From Candidatus Saccharimonadota bacterium (lineage in GTDB: Bacteria > Patescibacteriota > Saccharimonadia > Saccharimonadales > Saccharimonadaceae), in contig MKSO01000001.1 in the NCBI GenBank assembly GCA_001897305.1, positions 600,001-632,000 of the forward strand: 32,000 nt of DNA, read 5' to 3'. Positions 8,703 to 17,055 of this stretch are shown piece by piece (the stretch's first letter is position 1; every line of letters begins with the position of its first letter). The notes beneath the pieces are model-generated. The model saw only the letters and a program-made list of their open reading frames with translations. It was not told the DNA's origin and did not search any database. The translations under genes were made by a program, and so were the position numbers.

Positions 8703-9473
8703 CTAGCGCTTGCCTTCGGCAATCCAGCGATCTTTAAGCTTGTAGGCACGATCAAACATTTGTTCACGGGCTCGCTCAAGTGACGACTCATTCACACGAT
8801 CCGTCACATGTTGTATATCATCTGTAATAATGTACAAACTACGGTCTTCCGGTTCAATAGTATGGTATTTATCAGCAAGTGTATCGTGGATCATCTGATC
8901 AAGTGGTGTCCAGAAATCCTTACCCAAAAGCACAACTGGCACTTGCGGCACTGTTCCGGTTTGAATAAGTGTGATGACTTCAAATAACTCATCAAAAGTA
9001 CCAAAGCCACCACCGGCAAAAATATAGGCACTGGCATCGAGGGTCATAGCTACTTTGCGGCCAAAGAAATGCTCAAACCGGTAACTCTCGGTCGTATATT
9101 CGTTAAGCTTCTGCTCCATGGGCAAGTGAATATTAAAGCCAATTGAAGTACCCCCAGCTTCGAAAGCGCCACGGTTAGCCGCCTCCATAACGCCGCCGCC
9201 ACCACCCGTTACAATGGCATAGCCTTGATTAGCAAGCTCCCACCCTACCGCATAGGCCTGGCGACAAACAGGGTGCTCAGCCGGCAAACGTGCCGAGCCG
9301 AACACGGTAACTGTTTTGTCGTATTTACTTAAAATATCGAAGGCTCGTTCAAACTCTTCAACCACTGTTACAAGCCGGCCCTCAGCAGCATCAATCAGCT
9401 TCTGACGTACTAATAGGTGATTTTTTTCGTCTTCAGATTTTAATGCATTAACAGAAATGTGTGTGTTCGCCAT
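8703..9473 (-). CDS. LOG / TIGR00730-family protein (nucleotide 5'-monophosphate nucleosidase-like)
   Basis: 256 aa with LOG-family motifs: VTGGGGGVMEAANRGA and GGGFGTFDELFE (a PGGxGTxxE-type motif). Confidence 0.85.
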   Translation of the reverse strand: MANTHISVNALKSEDEKNHLLVRQKLIDAAEGRLVTVVEEFERAFDILSKYDKTVTVFGSARLPAEHPVCRQAYAVGWELANQGYAIVTGGGGGVMEAANRGAFEAGGTSIGFNIHLPMEQKLNEYTTESYRFEHFFGRKVAMTLDASAYIFAGGGFGTFDELFEVITLIQTGTVPQVPVVLLGKDFWTPLDQMIHDTLADKYHTIEPEDRSLYIITDDIQHVTDRVNESSLERAREQMFDRAYKLKDRWIAEGKR

Positions 9474-9476
9474 TCA

Positions 9477-10964
9477 TTACCCTTCGAAATCAGTCAATTT
9501 GTACCAGTCAGGTGCTTCGGCTAAGAACTTTTCAACTTCTTCGCGGTGCAACAAACCAGCTTGCGCACCGAGCTTTTGCACAACACTCGCACTGTTAATA
9601 GGTGCCCAGGTGAGGGCGGTATCCATCGTCTCACCTAGCGCAAGGGCCGCAACAATTGTCGACGCGAAGGCATCACCCGCACCGGTTCGATCAGTTGGAG
9701 GAGCTGGGTCTGGGTAATTAGGAATGGTCACTAGCTTAAAATCGTAAGATGCATACGAACCGCTAGGGCCATCGGTAATAACCACTTTTTGTGGACCCAA
9801 TTCGTGGAGGGCATTCGCAAGGTCGCGAATTGAATCGTACGGCTGACCCGTTACATCAACCGCTTCTTCGCGATTTAAGACAATAATGTGTGTGCGACGG
9901 TACAAATCAGCAAGTTTTTCGACACCCCACTTGAAATGAAAAGTACCTGGCTGGAAGGCCAGCTTCACATTTGGGTGCGCCTCTAGGTAGTTTAGAAGAC
10001 CTTCATGAAATTCCCATGACGCATCACTAATAAGCGCTAGGTATACCCACTCAGGCTCTTCGGCTGGGTCAACCCAGGTATATGTAAAAGCCTCGTTTTT
10101 CACTAGAATCGTTCGTTCTGCACCATATCGCAAAACGTAATAATAGCTTGTCTTCAGACCTTCTTGCATAGAGATAGAGTCGGTGAGAATATGCTCTGTC
10201 TTTAGGTATTCTATGGCGTCTTTACCAACTTGATCATCACCAAGGAAAGACACAAGGCCAGTTTTTACTCCTAGGCGTGCAGTCGAGACCGCGGCATTAG
10301 GCGCCGGCCCAACCCCTTGCACGATATCAACCCCGTCATATGGTGGTTTTGAACCCAATGGCAAACTCAAGCGTTTATCGCCATTTTCATCAGTCTCAAC
10401 CCGTGCTACCTCTTCGTTAAGCTTAATAAATGCATCGGTGAAAATATCACCAATTGCGAGTACGTACGATTCTGCCATAACTTTCTCCTTAACTACAGGC
10501 TGCTCTATATTATTCGGTTCTTTAGATAACAACGCTCTCACCGTTGGCTCATGAGTGGACGGATGGACTGTATAGCGGTGAGTAATTTCGCCAAGTAATG
10601 CACGGCGAGCATGGTCAAATGTGCGTGATGTGAATTGTCGATTGTGCCGTATATCATCTAGAAGATCAACCGCGTTAAATGAGATGAGTTCTCTGCCTAC
10701 AATAAAAATGATGTAATCCGTCGTCAACAACTCTTCGCGTTCAGTTTTAGCCACATGTGCCCGTAAAGCACTATATACTTCTAGGGCAGTGCTATTCGCT
10801 GGGTCAAGTTGTAACGTACGCATTATTTGGTGGGCAGTATGAGTAATATCAGCAATCAGGCGAACATCAACCCCCTCGCTACGCGCCGACTGCTCAAGCT
10901 TCACTAATGCCGTTGCGAAGAGCGGGTCCGTACTGCCTAATAATCTTTCCAGCATATGAGCCAT
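9477..10964 (-). CDS. PfkB-family carbohydrate kinase with a 162-aa N-terminal domain of unknown function
   Basis: 495 aa. The C-terminal 333 aa are PfkB-like (GVGPAPNAAVSTARLG and DRTGAGDAFASTIVAAL). The N-terminal 162 aa are open in frame with no family I recognise. An internal AAGGAG (10490..10485), 6 nt spacer and ATG (10478) sit at the domain boundary. Confidence 0.85.
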   Translation of the reverse strand: MAHMLERLLGSTDPLFATALVKLEQSARSEGVDVRLIADITHTAHQIMRTLQLDPANSTALEVYSALRAHVAKTEREELLTTDYIIFIVGRELISFNAVDLLDDIRHNRQFTSRTFDHARRALLGEITHRYTVHPSTHEPTVRALLSKEPNNIEQPVVKEKVMAESYVLAIGDIFTDAFIKLNEEVARVETDENGDKRLSLPLGSKPPYDGVDIVQGVGPAPNAAVSTARLGVKTGLVSFLGDDQVGKDAIEYLKTEHILTDSISMQEGLKTSYYYVLRYGAERTILVKNEAFTYTWVDPAEEPEWVYLALISDASWEFHEGLLNYLEAHPNVKLAFQPGTFHFKWGVEKLADLYRRTHIIVLNREEAVDVTGQPYDSIRDLANALHELGPQKVVITDGPSGSYASYDFKLVTIPNYPDPAPPTDRTGAGDAFASTIVAALALGETMDTALTWAPINSASVVQKLGAQAGLLHREEVEKFLAEAPDWYKLTDFEG

Positions 10965-11929
10965 TAGAAGTCTTTCTCCGTCAAAGGCATGTCATGAAGC
11001 ACGGTGCCTTCGTGCAAAATACCTTCCTTTGCACCAATAAACTGCACAACAGATGTTGAGTTAGCGCTGGCAAAAACAATGGCTTCTTTGAGCGACTTTC
11101 CCTGTGCATAGGCACTTAAAAAGCCCGAGCCAAAGGCATCGCCCGCACCAGTACGGTCAATAACTGGTACATCTTCGTACATACCAGCGGTAATAATCGT
11201 TTTTCCGTCTGTTGCAACCACGCCATTAGGGCCATCGCTGACTACGGCTATTGGCACGTAATGCGTAAGATGCCGAACTAATTCTTCAAGAGTCTCGCCG
11301 TGGACAATCATTTGCGCTTCTTCTTTGTTGACCGCTAATATCTCGACATCCTCTAGCAAGCCTTTTAGCTTGTCTGGGCTTTTCAACTCAACCCCGGCTG
11401 GGTTAAGCATGACCTTCACATTCTTTTCAGCTGCATGGCTAATAATTCGCTCTAGCAGGTCCATGTCACCAAGCGAAGATATGTAGATCCACTCGCCACC
11501 GTCAATTACGGAAAGATCGAGTTCGGAATCGCGAGCCGTCGGCATGGCGCCTTTATAATTTAAAATCGTACGCTCACCACCCTCCAACATCAAGATAACG
11601 GAATAGCTTGAACGGAAGTGTTCACCCTGGTATACATGTGATGTATCAACACCTTCGCGGTCGAGGCTTTGGAGGATAGTTTCACTCGACGCATCAGTAC
11701 CAAGACACCAAGCGTACTTGCTATGCAAGCCCTGACGCGCAAATGTTACCGCTGCATTGGTTACATTACCTCCCGTCGAGAAGATGACTTCATCTAGGTC
11801 AAGTTTTTGACCAACGGGAAGCTGCTCGTACTTTACCCCCTTATGCTCAAACTCCGTAAAAGCATTGGTACTCTTCAAGAAAACATCTTGAGTCGCCTTA
11901 CCGATTGTCACAATAGTCGGCGTTGCCAT
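10964..11929 (-). CDS. PfkB-family carbohydrate kinase (ribokinase/phosphofructokinase-2 superfamily)
   Basis: 321 aa with GGNVTNAAVTFARQG and DRTGAGDAFGSGFLSAY. It is a tandem paralogue of the next gene, with a 1-nt stop/start overlap. Confidence 0.85.
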   Translation of the reverse strand: MATPTIVTIGKATQDVFLKSTNAFTEFEHKGVKYEQLPVGQKLDLDEVIFSTGGNVTNAAVTFARQGLHSKYAWCLGTDASSETILQSLDREGVDTSHVYQGEHFRSSYSVILMLEGGERTILNYKGAMPTARDSELDLSVIDGGEWIYISSLGDMDLLERIISHAAEKNVKVMLNPAGVELKSPDKLKGLLEDVEILAVNKEEAQMIVHGETLEELVRHLTHYVPIAVVSDGPNGVVATDGKTIITAGMYEDVPVIDRTGAGDAFGSGFLSAYAQGKSLKEAIVFASANSTSVVQFIGAKEGILHEGTVLHDMPLTEKDF

Positions 11930-11932
11930 AGT

Positions 11933-12844
11933 TCAAACGACAGCTTTCCCGGCACTCCCGAAGGCTTGAATCTTTTCTTCGACTACAGCTTGAACAGCAT
12001 CCTTTACCTTATCCATAAGTTTCACAACAGCGAATTCATCTGGATGTGCTTTAAGCTCTTCTTCCATAACGGTGCGGAAGGCGTAGCGCATATCACTATT
12101 TATGTTAATCTTGCTGACACCAATTTTTGCCGCATCTTCAAAATAATGGAGAGGTGTACCCGAACCGCCATGAAGGCTGATCTGACAAGGAATGGCTTCA
12201 CGAATACGCGCCAGCAACTCAAGATCGAGTTCTTTCGGAACAGGGTACTTACCATGGAGATTGCCCACCGCCGCAGCAAATGTATCAACGCCAGTGGCTT
12301 CCACAAAGGCCTTGGCGCTTTCTGGTGTCGAGAACGTCTTTTTGATCTCTTGGTAATCGATAGTTTCTGTATGTACATTACTGCTACCGCCAAAGTAGTG
12401 CGGCTCACTTTCGACAAGGGCGCCCGTAAATTTAGCATACTCAACAACTTCACGGGTCTTTTCTATGATTTCTTCTTCGCTGGCATCGTGGTTCGCTTGT
12501 GAAATATCAATGTGAATAAACTCGTAGCCAGCGTCGATAGCTGCCTTACAAGCTTCAACAGTTGGACTATGGTCGAGATTAATATACATCTCGATACCAT
12601 ATTCTTTTTTGTAATTGTCGACGAGGTCGCGCAAGTTATCTATACCGATCGCATCAACTTCACCTTGGCTTACTTCAACCAATACAGGTGCGTTCAATTT
12701 TTGCGCCGCTCGTGCAATTGCAATAAGCGTCTCCTGGTTATCGATGTTAAATGCGCCTACGGCGAAGTGTTGCTGACGACTACGCTGCATCAAGTGACGT
12801 GCACGCAGAGTATTATCGCGGATTTCGGCTATAGTCAGACCCAT
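11933..12844 (-). CDS. fba: class II fructose-bisphosphate aldolase
   Basis: 303 aa with class II aldolase features: AVGAFN, LDHS and SLHGGSG. Confidence 0.9.
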   Translation of the reverse strand: MGLTIAEIRDNTLRARHLMQRSRQQHFAVGAFNIDNQETLIAIARAAQKLNAPVLVEVSQGEVDAIGIDNLRDLVDNYKKEYGIEMYINLDHSPTVEACKAAIDAGYEFIHIDISQANHDASEEEIIEKTREVVEYAKFTGALVESEPHYFGGSSNVHTETIDYQEIKKTFSTPESAKAFVEATGVDTFAAAVGNLHGKYPVPKELDLELLARIREAIPCQISLHGGSGTPLHYFEDAAKIGVSKININSDMRYAFRTVMEEELKAHPDEFAVVKLMDKVKDAVQAVVEEKIQAFGSAGKAVV

Positions 12845-12886
12845 TGTTAGTAATGCCCCCTACAAATAGTGTTGTTTCTTATCACA

Positions 12887-12895
12887 AGTATACCA
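12887..12895 (-). promoter_or_regulatory. extended -10 (TGgTATACT), internal promoter ahead of fba (leadered)
   Basis: The minus strand reads ataagTGgTATACTtgtgataag, about 42 nt upstream of the ATG at 12844. It lies in the 98-nt gap after transketolase. Confidence 0.35.
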
Positions 12896-12942
12896 CTTAT
12901 GGTTATAGAAAAAAGAACAAGTTGTTGCTATATAGGCCTAAG

Positions 12943-13938
12943 TTAGTCGTTCTGGTGGTAACGTGGAGTACGCTTTAGCCAGTCTTCAAGTTGCTCGACA
13001 ATTTTTGGGCCACTCAGACCAAAGTAATCTATGAGCTCGTTAGGGGCACCCGATTCACCAAAACGATCGTACATGCCAATGCGCTTCACGGGCATGGGAA
13101 GGTGTGAGCTTAAAAATTCTGCGACTGCACTTCCAAAGCCACCGGCCGCTTGAGCCTCTTCAGCAGTAACGACACGACCGGTTTTTCGGGCGCTTGCCAA
13201 AATTATCTCTTCATCGAGCGGCTTAATGGTAGGTACATGTACCACCTCTGCGTGAATACCCTGTTCCTCAAGAATTTTCGCAGCAACTAATAGCTGGTAC
13301 GTCATAGTACCGGTGCCAAGCAGCGACACATCGTGACCCTCTTTAAGTACATAGGCCTTCCCGAGCTCAAATGGCGAATCTGTCGTACTGAAAATAGGTG
13401 TTTTTTCACGTGCCAAACGAAGATAGCTTGGTTTACCGTTAACCGCCAAGGCTTTCGTAGCCTTCTCGGCTTCAACACTATCGCCAGGCGCCACAACTAC
13501 CATATTAGGAAGAACGCGCATCAGCGCAATGTCTTCAAGCATCTGGTGGGTTGCACCGTCAGGCCCAACACTAACACCAGCGTGTGAACCAACTACTTTT
13601 ACAGGTTGGTTATTAAGTGCTGCGGTGGTTCGGATCTGTTCCCAGTTTCGACCTGGGCTAAAAGCTGCGTAACTGCTCGTAAATGGAATACGCCCAGCCC
13701 GGGCCAACCCCGATGCTACAGTAACGAGGTTCTGTTCCGCAATACCAATTTCAATAAAACGTTTTGGGAAAGCTTCTTTAAAAAGGTGCATTTGCGTACT
13801 TTCCGTTAAGTCGGCACACAAGGCCACAACATTTTCATCCGCTTCACCGGCCGCTTTTAAACCGCGACCAAAACCGGCACGGATTGGCTCAAGTTCAACA
13901 TCGTCTCCATAGAGTTTTGGGTTTAGTGGATAGCTCAT
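12943..13938 (-). CDS. transketolase, C-terminal (pyrimidine-binding + C-terminal) subunit
   Basis: 331 aa with FIEIGIAEQNLV and GPDGATHQMLEDIALMR. It overlaps the N-terminal subunit gene by 4 nt. Confidence 0.93.
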   Translation of the reverse strand: MSYPLNPKLYGDDVELEPIRAGFGRGLKAAGEADENVVALCADLTESTQMHLFKEAFPKRFIEIGIAEQNLVTVASGLARAGRIPFTSSYAAFSPGRNWEQIRTTAALNNQPVKVVGSHAGVSVGPDGATHQMLEDIALMRVLPNMVVVAPGDSVEAEKATKALAVNGKPSYLRLAREKTPIFSTTDSPFELGKAYVLKEGHDVSLLGTGTMTYQLLVAAKILEEQGIHAEVVHVPTIKPLDEEIILASARKTGRVVTAEEAQAAGGFGSAVAEFLSSHLPMPVKRIGMYDRFGESGAPNELIDYFGLSGPKIVEQLEDWLKRTPRYHQND

Positions 13939-14798
13939 ACGCCCTCTCCTTCGTGTGTAATTTTACCGCCTAAACTACGGAGATCTTTTAAAGCCTCTTT
14001 AGCCTGTTCGGCGTTTGGCGGGATACCATGCCACTTGTAGTTGTATTCCATAAAATCAACACCCTTACCCGGTATAGTATGGGCAATAATAAGGGTTGGA
14101 CGGTAACTAATTGCCCTGCCTTCGCTGGCAGCATCGATAATACTTTCTATATTATGACCATCAATTTCTAGGACATGCCACCCAAACGACTCCCACTTAC
14201 CTTTAAGATCTTCGAGGGGCATAACATCTTCAGTTGTACCATCAATCTGGATATTATTACGGTCAACAAATGCAATAAGTTGTGAGAGTTTATTTTTACC
14301 AGCGAACATAGCCGCTTCCCAAATATTTCCTTCGTCGAGCTCACCGTCACCCATGACTACGTAAACAAAGCGGTGCGTATTTTCTTCTAAATACTGCAAG
14401 CTATAGGCATACCCAGCAGCCTGAGACAACCCGCTACCAAGAGGACCACTTGTATTCTCGAGGCCTGGCAACTTTTCGCGTTCAGGGTGACCTTGAAGGC
14501 GACTACCAAGTTTACGAAGACTACCGAGTTCTTGCTTGCTGAAGTAGCCAGCCTCGGCCATCGTAGCGTATTGCACAGGAACGCAGTGTCCATTACTCAA
14601 AAAGAACACGTCTCGATCTGCCCATTCTGGTTCTTCAGGCCTAATATTCATAATATTAAAGTAAAGGGCAGCAAAAATGTCCGCCAGGCCCAATGGACCG
14701 GCGCTGTGTCCGCTCCCCGCTTCGAGCAGCATTTTTATAATATCTTTGCGAATATCATTCGCCTTCTGCTCAATCTGAGGAATAGTTAATTTACCCAC
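13935..14798 (-). CDS. transketolase, N-terminal (TPP-binding) subunit
   Basis: 287 aa with GSGHSAGPLG and the TPP-binding motif GDGELDEGNIWEA. Confidence 0.93.
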   Translation of the reverse strand: MGKLTIPQIEQKANDIRKDIIKMLLEAGSGHSAGPLGLADIFAALYFNIMNIRPEEPEWADRDVFFLSNGHCVPVQYATMAEAGYFSKQELGSLRKLGSRLQGHPEREKLPGLENTSGPLGSGLSQAAGYAYSLQYLEENTHRFVYVVMGDGELDEGNIWEAAMFAGKNKLSQLIAFVDRNNIQIDGTTEDVMPLEDLKGKWESFGWHVLEIDGHNIESIIDAASEGRAISYRPTLIIAHTIPGKGVDFMEYNYKWHGIPPNAEQAKEALKDLRSLGGKITHEGEGV

Positions 14799-15443
14799 CT
14801 AAATTACTCCGTGTTTATTAATTTCTTTTACCAACTCATTGTATGTATCAGCAGGTGCTGCAGAGTTCGCGATCTCGCCACCAACGTTTAGTACATCGGC
14901 TCCGCCCTGCGTTAAGGTGTAAGCGTTATCAAGCTTTACGCCGCCGTCCCAACCAATTTCAACATTGGGTTTAATTTTCTTAATGAGCCTAATCTTTTCG
15001 AGCTGCATAAGGCTAGCCGTACCACCAAACTTTCCAAGATCACCAGAAAAAATCATGACGTGGTCGGCGGCCTCGATCGCAGGTTGAACTGTTGAAGGAA
15101 CGGTTGTTTTTAGCAACGCCAACCCGGCTTTGATACCCGCTTGCTTAAGAGTTGCAAAATGAGGTACGACGTCTTCTTGAGTTTCAGCATGGAAAATAAC
15201 CATACTTGGCTTTAGCTGTATAAGTTGCTGGATATGCTCAGATGGCCGTGCCACCATGGCATGAATATCAACCTCCCAACCTTGCGGCCAAAAAAGCTGA
15301 GCCTCTGGCAGTAAAAAGGTAGGTGCAAATTCACCATCACTAATATCAATGTGTACCCGCCTGGCAAAAGTTTGAAGACGCTGGGTTGATTCGCGAAGCT
15401 GATCCAGAGTTTCAGCCATAATTGTAGGAACAATCTGACTCAT
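14799..15443 (-). CDS. ribulose-phosphate 3-epimerase-like TIM-barrel protein
   Basis: 214 aa, divergent from Rpe but following its pattern (VHIDISDGEFAP, DIHAMV, IFHAE, GIKAGLAL, FGGTA, WDGGV). The pentose-phosphate context supports the call. The assignment is less secure than its neighbours. Confidence 0.6.
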   Translation of the reverse strand: MSQIVPTIMAETLDQLRESTQRLQTFARRVHIDISDGEFAPTFLLPEAQLFWPQGWEVDIHAMVARPSEHIQQLIQLKPSMVIFHAETQEDVVPHFATLKQAGIKAGLALLKTTVPSTVQPAIEAADHVMIFSGDLGKFGGTASLMQLEKIRLIKKIKPNVEIGWDGGVKLDNAYTLTQGGADVLNVGGEIANSAAPADTYNELVKEINKHGVI

Positions 15444-15895
15444 GATACCAACTCGTCCAACTCGGCATTACGGCGTTTAAAGCGTACAGCACCGGCAAAC
15501 TCGGTATTTAGCCATGTTTCCAAAATACCCTGCCATGCAGCCTCGTCATCACCCACGACACGTGCCGGAAGGCAAAGAATATTACTATCATTGTCGTAAC
15601 GGGTCATCCTCGCTTCGTAAGCGTCCCAAATGACACTAGCGCGAATACCGCGGAATCTGTTGGCTGCCATGGCTACGCCTTGGCCCCCACCACATACAAG
15701 AATACCTCTAGGATCTTTTTCGGTAGACCCTAGTACTTTTAATGCCACAGCTTGGGCGAAGACCGGAAAGTCATCATTAGGATCGAGAGTTTTACCACCC
15801 ATATCTTCAACATCGTAGCCATGCTTAACAAGGTAAGCAAATAACTGCTCTTTTAAATGAAATCCCTGATGGTCCGCACCCAAGTAAATCTTCAT
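15440..15895 (-). CDS. rpiB: ribose-5-phosphate isomerase B
   Basis: RpiB/LacAB pattern (MKIYLGADHQGF, GILVCGGGQGVAMAANR). The start is moved to Met18 (ATG 15895), because the longer ORF overlaps the gap 3' end. TATACT (15911..15906) lies 10 nt upstream of that ATG. Confidence 0.9.
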   Translation of the reverse strand: MKIYLGADHQGFHLKEQLFAYLVKHGYDVEDMGGKTLDPNDDFPVFAQAVALKVLGSTEKDPRGILVCGGGQGVAMAANRFRGIRASVIWDAYEARMTRYDNDSNILCLPARVVGDDEAAWQGILETWLNTEFAGAVRFKRRNAELDELVS

Positions 15896-15917
15896 ACTGT
15901 CTTTAAGTATAAGCGGT

Positions 15918-16940
15918 TTAGTCGTGGTGACGCAAGGTCTTAGCAACGTCGGCTACTAATTCTACGAGGCGGTTTGAATATCCCCACTCGTTGTCATACC
16001 AGACCATTACCTTGGCCAAGTTACCGCCAACTACTTTGGTAAGAAGAAGATCGACAATACCCGAATGGCTATTTCCGATATAGTCGCGACTTACAAGTGG
16101 CTCTTCGCTCACCCCTAGAATACCCTGGTAGTAAGGTTCGGCTGCAGCTTTCTTGAAAGCGGCGTTAATATCTTCAACAGTTACATCACGCTCAAGAAGA
16201 ACGGTCACATCACTAATTGATACTACTGGGGTTGGAACACGAATACTGAGCCCGTCAAACTTGCCTTCAAGTTGTGGAAGGGTTTTTGTTACAGCGATAG
16301 CAGCACCAGTTGTCGTTGGTACGATATTTTCAGCAGCATTACGACCCTCACGAAGATCTTTCGCTGGAGCATCTTGAAGCGCCTGACTGGCGGTGTAGCT
16401 GTGAACAGTAGTAAGTAGTGACTTCTGTACGCCAAATTCCGCATCAAGCACCGCCATGACAGCGCCCAAAGAGTTTGTTGTGCAGCTCGCGTTACTGATG
16501 ACGTGGCTTGCGCCTTCGACTTTGTTCTCGTTAGCCCCAAGAACGATCGTATCAACACCATCGCTTTTAGTTGGGCCGCTAATAATTACTCGCTTTGCAC
16601 CGGCTGCAATGTGAAGTTCAGCCGACTCTTTATCTGTAAAGCGACCGGTTGACTCAATAACCAAATCAACACCAAGGTCGCCCCATGGCAACGCAGCAGG
16701 GTCTTTTTCAGCAGTCACTTTAATGTGCTGTCCGTTAACAATGATACCCGTGTCGTCGTAGCCTACTTCGTACTTGTATGTACCGTAGTTGCTATCGTGC
16801 TTTAGAAGATACGCCAGCGTCTTGGTGTCTGTTAAGTCGTTTACCGACACAACCTCAAGGTCGCTACGGTCGAAAGCAAGCTTAAAAGCGTTGCGTCCAA
16901 TGCGCCCAAAACCGTTAATACCAATTTTCGTTTTTGCCAT
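15918..16940 (-). CDS. gap: glyceraldehyde-3-phosphate dehydrogenase
   Basis: GINGFGRIGR, the active site SNASCTTN and WYDNEWGYS are present. The start is set at MAKTKIGINGFG (ATG 16940), which is preceded by an AAGGAGGG SD. Confidence 0.97.
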   Translation of the reverse strand: MAKTKIGINGFGRIGRNAFKLAFDRSDLEVVSVNDLTDTKTLAYLLKHDSNYGTYKYEVGYDDTGIIVNGQHIKVTAEKDPAALPWGDLGVDLVIESTGRFTDKESAELHIAAGAKRVIISGPTKSDGVDTIVLGANENKVEGASHVISNASCTTNSLGAVMAVLDAEFGVQKSLLTTVHSYTASQALQDAPAKDLREGRNAAENIVPTTTGAAIAVTKTLPQLEGKFDGLSIRVPTPVVSISDVTVLLERDVTVEDINAAFKKAAAEPYYQGILGVSEEPLVSRDYIGNSHSGIVDLLLTKVVGGNLAKVMVWYDNEWGYSNRLVELVADVAKTLRHHD

Positions 16941-16987
16941 GGGAAATGTATCCCTCCTTTTATACTGCATTATGTATAGCTAATTTT

Positions 16988-17015
16988 AGTATAAGCATTT
17001 TATCTATGAAGTCAA
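16988..17015 (-). promoter_or_regulatory. gap operon promoter
   Basis: The minus strand has TTGACT (17015..17010), a 16 nt spacer and TATACT (16993..16988), about 45 nt upstream of the gap ATG. It lies directly downstream of the GC hairpin. Confidence 0.5.
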
Positions 17016-17025
17016 AAATTTAATC

Positions 17026-17055
17026 GGGGTCGGCGCCTGTGTTGGCGCCGACCCC
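17026..17055. terminator. perfect 12-bp GC-rich hairpin (terminator-like)
   Basis: GGGGTCGGCGCC-tgtgtt-GGCGCCGACCCC. On the minus strand it is followed by GATTAAATTTTT, and on the plus strand by TTGTTGGT. The only upstream unit it could close is on the minus strand (the non-coding region). Confidence 0.5.

Noticed and set aside
11807-12502. A 231-aa plus-strand ORF antisense to pfkB/fba, and similar long antisense ORFs (for example 3784-4218, 23472-23837, 25660-26022, 9457-9717, 536-721)
   Set aside because: All lie entirely inside well-supported genes on the opposite strand. They have no start signals and low-complexity or odd composition. They are shadow ORFs.
12905-12935. A terminator between transketolase and fba (GCAACAACTTGTTC followed by TTTTTT on the minus strand)
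   Set aside because: The possible stem is only 3-5 bp with a very small loop, too weak to call. The T-run alone is not evidence.
15896-15946. Longer starts for rpiB (15946) and gap (16970)
   Set aside because: The extensions overlap the upstream gene or the promoter. The conserved N-termini begin at MKIYLGADHQGF and MAKTKIGINGFG, and the latter has a strong SD.
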